A stretch of DNA of 60,391 nucleotides, filler included, from Sphacelaria rigidula (taxonomy: Eukaryota): the NCBI GenBank assembly GCA_964200075.2. It is 6 parts of 6 records of this genome, joined end to end, with 100 filler letters (N's around TTAATTAATTAA, not from the genome) between each part and the next. Parts side by side here need not be neighbours in the genome. Positions count along the whole stretch, not along the records: positions 40,332 to 50,313 come from CAXNAA020007371.1; positions 50,414 to 60,391 come from CAXNAA020007372.1; 4 more parts are not named here. One strand, 5' to 3'. A model generated the notes under the pieces. That model saw only the letters and a list, made by a program, of their open reading frames with translations. It searched no databases and was not told the DNA's origin. This document shows, piece after piece, positions 47,662-57,300 of the stretch. The stretch's first letter is position 1. Each line of letters starts with the position of its first letter. A program made the translations under genes and the position numbers.

Positions 47662-47732
47662 TGGTGTCCAATCCGAGAATCGAACTCGGGTTTCCACAGC
47701 CACAACGTGGTGTACTGGCCACTATACTAATT
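47662..47732 (-). pseudogene. tRNA-His(GTG) retrocopy: encoded CCA, 5'-truncated, flanked by a 14-bp TSD
   Basis: Minus strand reads AAT-TA-GTAT-AGTGGCCA-GTAC-A-CCACG-TTGTGGC-TGTGG-AAAC-CCGAG-TTCGATT-CTCGG-ATTGGAC-A-CCA. D, anticodon and T arms are intact, but the first 4 nt of the acceptor stem are missing. TATGATCTGTTTCA occurs at 47648-47661 and 47736-47749. Confidence 0.88.
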
Positions 47733-48326
47733 ATCTATGATCTGTTTCAGATACTCTCCCACACCTCTCATAGGCGAACATCGCTGCGATCTGACACATC
47801 ATCAAACATTCAATCCACAAAAAGGAAAACGTTGTATCTACGTGACACTCACGCACCTATGTTGAACAAGACGACACACACGCAAGTCCATCTACAAAGT
47901 AAAGCACTAAATGGTACGCACGCGTAGACTTCATCTGCCAACGGAACAAGGATGGAATGAAAGACAGAGTGGCACCCCGCTCGTTTCCTTGGCAGGGCGT
48001 TTGAAGTATCAAGCCTGCCTTGAAAAAGGCGTGCAGCGTGAAGTACAATGCGAGGGGGGGGGGACTACGCAGCAACAGGGAGATGAAAGCCGGGATGCAG
48101 CCGAAGGTCAGGTTTAGTGTGCCCAAAGTGCAAATTCAACACCTCTGCGGGGGTGGGCACGAGCCCATCCAAGACGACTCTCAGGGTAAGAAGCCAAAGG
48201 TCGTTAGTGAGAACTTTTCGTTCAGCACGGCGGATCAACTATCACGTGTTATGAGCAAAAAGTAGATGTCAATTCAAAAATCAATTCGTCATGACGCAAT
48301 ACCCAACTCAAAACAATCGTCCGGCG

Positions 48327-48572
48327 TGTAGAGTAGTCCACCTACAGTACATGCAACATGTAGATATGCGGTGGATCCTGGATTTGGTTGGAAGATGACT
48401 ATTGGATGCGTAACATATCGTGCTTGTGAGGAAAGCCCATGAAGCTTACTTCTGGTTTAATGAAGGCAACTGTTTGTATAACTACTCTGTCTTGAAGTCT
48501 CTGAAGCCCTGCTGGGGAAGAAGCCTTTGGAGCAAGCACTTAGACCTTGTTCTGATTCCAGACAAGTCTGAA
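48327..48572 (+). repeat. 5' LTR of the contig-5 Ty3/Gypsy element
   Basis: Homologous to 44066-44313, preceded by GGCG, and followed about 130 bp later by the gag ATG. Confidence 0.9.
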
Positions 48573-48699
48573 GTAAACGTTTACTCGAGAAACTTGTGGT
48601 TTCTGAACGGCGTCGCTGAACCCTAAAAAAAGCGAGGACGCTCGTTGAATAACACGGAGGTAGTGCGACGGAGCACGGAGTGCAGGAAACGTTTGAAAC

Positions 48700-49700
48700 A
48701 TGGCGCGAACGAAAGTGAGCAAGGACTCTAACTCTGACAAGGAGGGGTACGACAAAGAGGTGAAGTTCAGTGTAACAGATTTGATCGCGGGGGGATCGCT
48801 CAAGGCGCCTGAGTATGGGCGCTTGTTTAGTGAGCAAGCATCGCGACGGTTTCTGCAGAAATATCAGGAGTACGAACAAGCTGTTCTGCGACGAAACAAG
48901 ACTCGAACTGTAAAGAGCGCACTGTTGACCATGGAGGAGCTAGTGCCTCGGCATGTACAAGATGTTTTGTCGGACACTAATTTTGATGGCACTGGGCTCT
49001 CTAACGCCGGGATTAGGGAAGGGATCGCACGGCATGCGAAATGCTGGGTAGGAATGGAAATGGACCCAACTGAGGCCGCAGCCGGTGTGAGAAAGGCACT
49101 TGCTGCACGATCCGATTCAACTGCCATGCGCCGAGTGAAGGACAGTGGAGTGACTTGTAAGAATATTTCAAGGAGAATGAGGGTGCTGAGCGTGTTTTCC
49201 GCGAAATGGACCGTACCTATAAGCCAGGCACGGCACACATCATCACTAGAGCCATGATTGTCGGCCTGACCCCTCCGGAATTCAAAACTAAAGGCCAACA
49301 CAAACTGCAAATAACGGGGGGGTGGAAAGAGCAACCGAGAACTGTATACGATGTCTCTCGTGAGGTGGCGGAACTGTGGCGAACTGTCGAGGAGGTTGAT
49401 AAGCAGCGCAGATCCGCTCCACAGAACGAGGTGGGTTCGCAAGGACAGAAGAAACTGTTGACAGCAGCTAGCGCGGCAGCCGCGACTGTTGTATCCGGTG
49501 ATAGCGGATCGAAATACAGAAAATCTCGCAGACCCGGCCCTGATCACGCAGGATGTTTCGAGTGTGGGGACAAAGGTCATTTTAGGAAGGACTGTAAGAA
49601 GAAAAACAAGCCTGCAGCTACCGGAGGTGGGGATGGCGAACACGTGAAGCCGCAGCAACAACAACAGCAAACGGCGCAAGCTCCGCGGGGCGGGAGCTAA
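48700..49700 (+). pseudogene. gag: gag (frameshifted) with zinc knuckle CFECGDKGHFRKDC
   Basis: Overlapping ORFs 48700-49257 and 49206-49700; CX2CX4HX4C at 49554-49595; lies between the LTR and the protease. Confidence 0.85.
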
Positions 49701-49772
49701 GGTCTTACCCCTACCCGGGCTGTTTTTCCAGGGGATGGTCATCAAGGGGACACCAACGGCGCTGATAGCACG

Positions 49773-50257
49773 TTGCAGCCCGTGCCGACTGTTCCGGCTT
49801 CTACCGTACAGCCTCAGCCGTCGACAGAGACAATTCCGCCATGGACATCGGCGGCAGTGCCGGCGTCGCGGGGCTTACACACTGCGTCCGAGGTGGCAGA
49901 GCTGGAGGCCGAGGGTTTGGACGTGGAAAGTAGGCAGCAATGCTGCCGAGCTGATCTGTCTGTCCCAGGTTCCGCCGTACAGACAGTCTGTCCGGTCAAG
50001 GCTGTGTTGGGCTCTGGAGCTGGGATAACCATTATGTCTGAACGGGTGGCGACCCAGTTGGAAAACGCGTTTCCTGGAGTATCAATTGCCACATCAAAGG
50101 TACGTGGACACCCGGTAAGGCTGGCTGACGGTAACGTAAAAATCATGCACTCGAAAACGTGTTTGGTTCGTACGGCACTCCACACGAGCTGGAGGCCGGT
50201 GGTTCTTGAGCCCTGCCGGTATGCGATTATGCCCGGCGCTGACGATGTGGTTATTAT
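49773..50257 (+). pseudogene. pol: Retropepsin-type protease N-terminal part, catalytic Asp mutated (AVLGSGAG)
   Basis: KAVLGSGAGITIM and VRLADG flap motif; the frame ends ...DDVVI at an insertion and resumes at 40396. Confidence 0.8.
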
Positions 50258-50313
50258 TATTATTATTATTATATCCATCACATTAGCTCGATCTCTCGAA
50301 CCCGTGGTCACAG
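50258..50313 (-). mobile_element. 3' end of a non-LTR retroposon with a (TAA)n tail, inserted in the protease gene; its other end is at 40332-40394
   Basis: Minus strand reads CTGTGACCACGGG...GCTAATGTGATGGATA(TAA)n; GGTTATTAT is duplicated at 50249-50257 and 40395-40403. Confidence 0.7.
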
Positions 50314-50413
50314 NNNNNNNNNNNNNNNNNNNNNNNNNNNNNNNNNNNNNNNNNNNNTTAATTAATTAANNNNNNNNNNNNNNNNNNNNNNNNNNNNNNN
50401 NNNNNNNNNNNNN
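50314..50413. other. Artificial contig linker
   Basis: N44-TTAATTAATTAA-N44. Confidence 0.99.
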
Positions 50414-51330
50414 GGAGCACGCCGGGTTCTCGCCGGACCAGGCTAAGGATCCCTCGGGGGGGGGGGGGGGTACCCCACCCTCGACGTCGCCTCCTTTCTG
50501 CAGGATTCAGTATAGGATAGGTTTTAGAGGAGTTTGTGTAGCGTTTGGGAGGGGGTAGGGGTGTGTGTGCGGAAGGTGGTCTAGTACCCTACCCCCCTTC
50601 CCCCTGACGGGTCCAAAAGCAAAATGGGCACATAGGTGTGCGTGATTCTTTTTTGGTGCACCACTGGCGCGGTGTAGATTACAACCAGCCCTCGCACTTG
50701 GGATTTAAACCTGACTAACGTTTGTCAAAGCTGCCAAAAAGCGATACACCGAACACACTGATCCAAAAGCGTCGAACGTGAAGAAGTCTGACCTGACCGT
50801 CATTATTTCTTCAGCTGTACAAGTAATCACTAGCACCATTTCCTATAAAGCATTGAAACCGATCATATCAGCCACTGTGCTGTACGTTCGACAGATATTG
50901 CACGTATATGTGTGGAGGTGTTAGATTTAACCTTGCCGTCACCGGTAATGGGTGTGCTTGAATGTATCCATCACCCACCACGCACGAAACACGACACAAC
51001 AACGCCAAATTTACCCGCGCTTCGATGATTCGGAGGCGTTGTCCCTTGTTCATCAAGTTACGCCGGTTCTCCAGTGAACCGATTAAAGCGACTATAAAAA
51101 ACGATTTGACCTTTTTTTATTTTGAGAATAACGTCCCCTATCTAGTAACCAGTTTTCACTTTTGGTTGACGGTGCCCATCCGTACTCGTCAGTGAACGAG
51201 TCTCCGGTAGAGGAGTAGTTTGCTGTCTTCCGTTGAGTCGTGGCGAAACATTTTCCGTAGTCGGATGGTCAGTATATGGATCGTCCGCGACGAAGACATG
51301 AATGGTGAGGTCGTCTACTACCAACCTCAC

Positions 51331-54300
51331 CTGTAGGGGAGTCGTCGGTAGTGGCGTCATCAGTGATCGGGTCGTCGGTAGTGGCGTCGTCTGCAGTCGG
51401 GTCCGCAGTGGTGGAGTCGTCCGTGAATGTGTCATCCATGGCCGAGTCGTCAGGGAACGTTTCATCAGTGGTTGCATCGTCAGTGGTCGAGTTGTTGGTG
51501 AATGCGTCATCAATTACCGTGTTACCAGTGGTCGAGACGTCAGGCGACGAGCCGTCAGTGGTCGCGTCGTCAGTGGTCGAGCCGTCCGCGGTCAAGTCGT
51601 CCGCGGTCGAGTCGTCCGCGGTCGGGTCGTTAGTAAACGAGCAGTCATTCGTCGAGTCGTCTGTGGTCGAGTCGTTTGTGGTCGAGTCGTTTGTGGTCGA
51701 GTCGTCTGCGGCAGGAAGGTCTCTGTGGGATTCGTTCATGGTTACCTCGCCCGTGATCAAGATTTCCGTGAGCTAGTGGCCACGTCGTCCGTCATAACTC
51801 GTGTGTGGTCGAGTACTTCCGCTAAATCATCTGTGGTCGACGTATTCGCGGTCAACTCTGTGGTCGACCCGTCAGTGTATAGGTCGCCGGAAGTCGAGTC
51901 GTTCGCGGTGGAGCTGTTTGCCTTTGAGTCGTAGAGGGAGGTCATCCGTGGTCAAATGGTCATCTATTGGATGGTCCATAACGAGAGCATCAACGGTGGG
52001 GCCGTCTGTTACTAACTCACCTGTAGTGGAGTCGTCTGTGGTGGAGTCATCAGCGATGGAGTCGCCAGGGATGGAGTCATCAGTGGTGGAGGCGTCAGTG
52101 ATCGAGCGGGCGGTAGTGAAGTCGTCCGCAGTCGCGTCTGCAGTGTTCGAGTTATCCGCGGGTATCGTTCGTCACCGAGTCGTCAGTGAACGGGCCATCA
52201 GTGGTCGAGCCGTCGGTAAATGAGTCGTCATTGAACGAGTTGTTAGTGGACGAATTGTCAGTCAACGAGCCGTCAGTGGTCAAGTCGTCAGTGGTCGAGG
52301 CGCCAGTGGCTTAGTCGTCCGCAGTCGAGTCGTCCGCGGTCGAGTCGTCATTGAACTAGTGATCATCGATCCAGTCGTCTGTAGTCGAGTCGTCTGTGGC
52401 GGGATATTCTCTGATTGTTTCATTCGTGGTTGACTCGCCCATGATCAAGAGTTCAGTAAGCGAGTCATTCGCTCGTCCGTGATAGAGTCGTTTGTGCCCA
52501 ATAATACTTGGGCTGCATCATCTGTAGGAGAGTTATCCGTCGTCGATTCGGTGGCCGACTCGTCAGTGAAGGAGTCTGAGGCATTCGAATCGTCAGTGGT
52601 CGTGTCGTCGGTGATCGAGTAATCGATAGGGGAGTCATCATTGGTGGTGTTGTCAGTGGTGGAGTCGTCAGTGGTAGAGTAATCGGTAGTGGAGTCATCA
52701 TTGGTGGAGTCGTCAGTGGCGCAGTCGCCCGTGATCGAGTCGTCGGTTGTGGCATCGTCTGCTGTCGAGTCCGCAGTGGTGAAGTCACCGTGAGTGGGTC
52801 GTCCGTCGTCGAGTCGCCAGTGAAGGAGGCATTAGTGGTGGCATCGTCAATATGCCAGTCGTCGGTGAATGAGTCGTCGTTGAACGGGTTGTCAGTGGTG
52901 GAATTGTCAGTCAGCGAGCCGTCAGTGATCGAGTCGTCAGTGGTCGAGTCGTCAGTGGTCCAGTCATCAGTGGGCGAGTCGTCGGCGATCGAGTCGTCAG
53001 TAAACGAGTAGTCATCGGTTGAGTTGTCTGTTGTCGACTCGTCTTTGTCCAAACTGTCTTTGGTCGCCTCAATCACGGCTGACCCGTCCGTGATCGAAGG
53101 TTCAGTGTGCAAGTGATCGGGTCGTTTGCAGTATCGTCGTGTGTGACGGAGTAATCAATGATAGAGTTTATGGTTGTCAATTTGGTGGTCGACTCGTCAG
53201 TGTAGGAGCCTAGGGGGGTCGATGCGTCAGTGAACGAGCTTCCGGTAGTCGAGTCGTTCGCGATTAGTCTGACCGTCTGCCGTTGAGTCGTAGCGGAACG
53301 TCATGCCTGGCTGAGTCGTGAGTTGTTGGGTGGTCCATGACGAAGGCATCTATGGTGAGGTCGTCTGTCACCCACTCACCCCGTCGGGGAGTCGTCAGTG
53401 GTCGAGCCGTCAGTGGTGGAGTCAGCAGTGGTGGCGTTGTCGGTGGTGGGCATATCGGTGGTTGGGTCGTCAGTGGTGAAGTCGTCAGTGGTGGAGTCGT
53501 CAGTGGTTGAGTCATCAATGATCGAGTCATCGGTTGAGAAATCGTCTGCGGTCGAGTCCGCAGTGGTCGAGTCACCGTGACTAGATCGTCCGTCGTCGAG
53601 TCGCCAGTGAACGAGTCATGAGTGGTGGCATCGTCAGTGGTCCAGTCGTCGGTAAATGAGTCGTCATCGGGTTGTCAGTGGCGGAATTGTCAGTCAACGA
53701 GCCGTCAGTGGTCCAGTCGTCGGTGGTCGAGTCGTCGGTGGTCGAGTCGTCAGTGGTCCAGTCGTCGGCGATCGAGTCGTCAGTAAACGAGTAGTTATCG
53801 GTCGAGTCGTCCGTTGTCGACCTGTCTCTATCCAAATTGGCTTTGGTCGCCGCCTTCACGGCTGTCTCGTCCGAAATCAAGAGTTCAGTGAGGGATTGAT
53901 CAGGTCGTTTGTAGTACCGTCGTGTGTGAGGCAGTACACGTCTGCTGAATCATGTATGGTGGAGTTTCTGGTGGTCAAGACACTTTCGACGATAGCCCTT
54001 TCCCGAAAAGGGGATGGTTCTACGAGGCTAAGTATTCACGTAAATCGGAATGGGAGAAGCCGAGCACAACGAGCAACTGGGAATTCCCACGATTGGACTC
54101 GTTCTCGCCAATATTGCCAGCATACTGTGCTTCATGCAGCTTGAACCCAAACGTCAGGCGTTGTATGGCCATTGTTTTCGCGACACGTTTGCGCCGATTT
54201 TGGAGGGGGGCTATGGTAGAAAGTGTGCCAACTTGGTGGTACACTTGTCAGGGGAGGCGTTTGGGGGTTCGATGCGTCAGTGAACGAGTTTCCGGTGGTC

Positions 54301-57300
54301 CACTCGCTCGCGGTCAGTTACATTATTTACCGTTGAGTCGAAGCGAAACGTCTTGCCTGGTTGAGTCGTGAGTTGTTGGATGGTCCATGACGAAGGCATC
54401 TATGGTAAGGTCGTCTGTCACCAACTCACCTGTCGTGGAGTCGTCAGTGGTGGAGTCATCGGCGGTGGAGTCGTCAGTGGTGGAATCGTCATTGGTGAAG
54501 TCGTCAGTGATCGAGTCGTCGGTCGTGGAGTCGTCTGTGGTCGAGTCACGGTGAGTGGGTCGTCCATTGTGAGTCGCCAGCGAATTAGTCATCAGTGGTG
54601 GCATCGTCAGCGGTCTAGTCGTCGGTGAGTCAGTCGTCATTGAACGAGTCGTAAGTGGTGGAACTGTGAGTCAATGAGCCGTCAGTGGTCGAGTCGTCGT
54701 CGATCGAGTCGTCAGTAAACGAGTCGTCATCGGTCGAGTCGTCTGTTGTCGACCTGTCTTTTTCCAGGTTGTCCTTGGTCGCAGCCTCCACGGCTGTCTC
54801 GTCCGTGATCAAGAGTGCTGCGAGCAATTGATCAGGTCGTTTGTAGTACCGTCGTGTGTGATGAAGTAGTATATGGTGGAGATTCTGGTTGTCAAGTTTG
54901 TCGTCGCCTCGTCAGTGGAGGTTTCTAACGGGGTAGATGGGTCAGTGAACGAGCGTCCGGTAGTCGAGTCGCTCGCGATTATTAAGACCGTCTGCCCTTG
55001 AGTCGTAGCGGAACGTCATGCCTGGTTGAGTGGTGAGTTGTTGGATGGTCCATGACGAAGGCATCTATGGTGAGGTCGTCTGTCACCAACTCACCCGTCG
55101 CGGAGTCGTCAGTAGTGGAGTCATGAATGGTGGAGTCGTCAGTGGTGGAGTCGTAAGTGGTAGAGTCGTCAGTGATCGAGTCGTCAGTGGTGGAGTCGTC
55201 AGTGGTGGAATCGTTATTGGTGGAGTCGTCAGTGATCGAGTCGTCAGTCGTGAAGTCGTCTGCAGTTGAGTCCGCAGTGGTCGAGTCACGGGGAGTGGGT
55301 TGTCCATCGTGAGTCGCCAGCGAATTAGTCATCAGTGGTGGCATCGTCAGTGGTCCAGTCGTCGGTAAGTTAGTCGTCATTGACCGAGTCGTCAGTGGTG
55401 GATTTGTCAGTCAACGAGCCGTCAGTGGTCGAGTCGTCCACGATCGAGTCGTCAGTGAACGAGTCGTCATCGGTCGAGTCGTCTGTTGTCGACCTGTCTC
55501 TGTCCTAATTGGCTTTGGTCGCCACCTTCACGGCTGTCTCGTCCGTGATCAAGAGTGCAGTGAGCAAGTGATCAGGTCGTTTGTGGTACCGTCGTGTGTG
55601 ATGAAGTAGTATATGGTGGAGATTCTGGTTGTCAGCCTTGTGGTCGCATCGTCAGTGGAGGTGTCTAACGGGGTAGATGCGTCAGTGAACGAGTTTCCTG
55701 TTGTCGAGTCGTTCGCGATTAGTCAGGCCGTCTGGCCCTTGAGTCGTAGAGGAACGTCATGCCTGGTTGAGTCGTGAGTTGTTGGATGGTCCATGACGAA
55801 GGCATCTATGGTGAGGTCGTCTGTCACCAACTCACCTGTCGTGGCGTCGTCAGTTGTGGAGTCGTCAGTGGTGGAGTCAGCAGTGGTGGAGTCGTCGGCG
55901 GTGGAGTCATCAGGGGTGGAGTCGTCAGTGATCGAGTCGTCAGTTATGGAATCGTCAGAGGTGGAGTCGTCAGTGATCGAGTCGTCGGTCGTGGATTCGT
56001 CTGCGGTTGAGTACGCAGTGGTCGAGTCACGGTGAGTGGGTAGTCCATCGTCGAGTCGCCAGCGAATGAGTCATCAGTGGTGGCATCGTCAGTGGTCGAG
56101 TCGTCGGTAAGTCAGTCGTCATTGAACGAGTCGTCAGTGGTGCAGTTGTCAGTCAATGAACCGTCAGCGGTCGAGTCGTCGGCGATCGAGTCGTCAGTGG
56201 TCGAGTCGTCATCGGTCGATTCGTCTGTTGTCGACCTGTCTTCGTCCAGGTTGTCTTTGGTCGCCGCCTTCACGGCTGTCTCGCCTGTGATCAAGAGTGC
56301 TGTGAGCAAGTGATCAGGTCGTTTGTAGTACCGTCGTGTGTGATGAAGTAGTATATGGTGGAGATTCTGGTTGTCAACTTTGTGGTGGCCTGGTCAGTGG
56401 GGTTGTCTAACGGGATCGATGCGTCAGTGAACGAGCGTCCGGTAGTCGAATCGTACGCTGTTAATCAGACCGTCTACCCTTAAGTTGTAGCGGAACGTCA
56501 TGCCTGGTTGAGTGGTGAGTTGTTGGATGGTCCATGACGAAGGCATCTATGGTGAGGTCGTCTGTCACCAACTCACCTGTCGTGGAGTCGTCAGTGGTGG
56601 AGTCATCGGTGGTGGAGTCGTCAGTGGTGGAGTCGTCGGTGGTAGTGTCGTCAGTGGTCGAGCCGTCGGTGGTGGAGTCGTCAGTGATCCAGTTGTCGGT
56701 CGTGGACTCACCTGCGGTCGAGTTCGCAGTGGTCGAGTCACGGTGAGTGGGTCGTCCATCGTCGAGTCGCCAGCAAACGAGTCAACAGTGGTGGCATCGT
56801 CAGTGGTCCACTCGTCGGTAAGTCAGTCGTCATTGAACGAGTTGTCAGTGGTGGACCTGTCATTCAACGAGCCGTCAGTGGTCGAGTCTTCGGCGATCGA
56901 GTCGCCAGTGAACGAGTCGTCATCTGTCGAGTCGTCGGTTGTCGATCTTATTCTATGCAAATTGTCTTTGGTCGCCGCCTCCGCGGCTGTCTCGTCCGTG
57001 ATCAAGAGTGCAGCGAGCAAGTGATCAGGTCGTTTGTAGTACCGTCGTGTGTGATGAAGTAGTATATGGTGGAGATTCTGGTTGTCAAGTTTGTCGTCGC
57101 CTCGTCAGTGGAGGTTTCTAACGGGGTAGATGGGTCAGTAAACGAGCATCCGGTAGTTGAGTTGTTCGCGATTTAGTCAGACCGTCTGCCCTTGAGTCGA
57201 AGAGGAACGTCATGCCTGGTTGAGTCGTGAGTTGTTGGATGGTCCACGACGAGGGCATCTATGGTGAGGTCGTCTGTCACCAACTCACCTGTCGTGGAGT

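Noticed and set aside
47662-47732. Functional tRNA-His gene, or the PBS of the neighbouring LTR element
   Set aside because: The acceptor stem is 5'-truncated and TSD-flanked, and it lies ~600 bp upstream of the LTR rather than just inside it.
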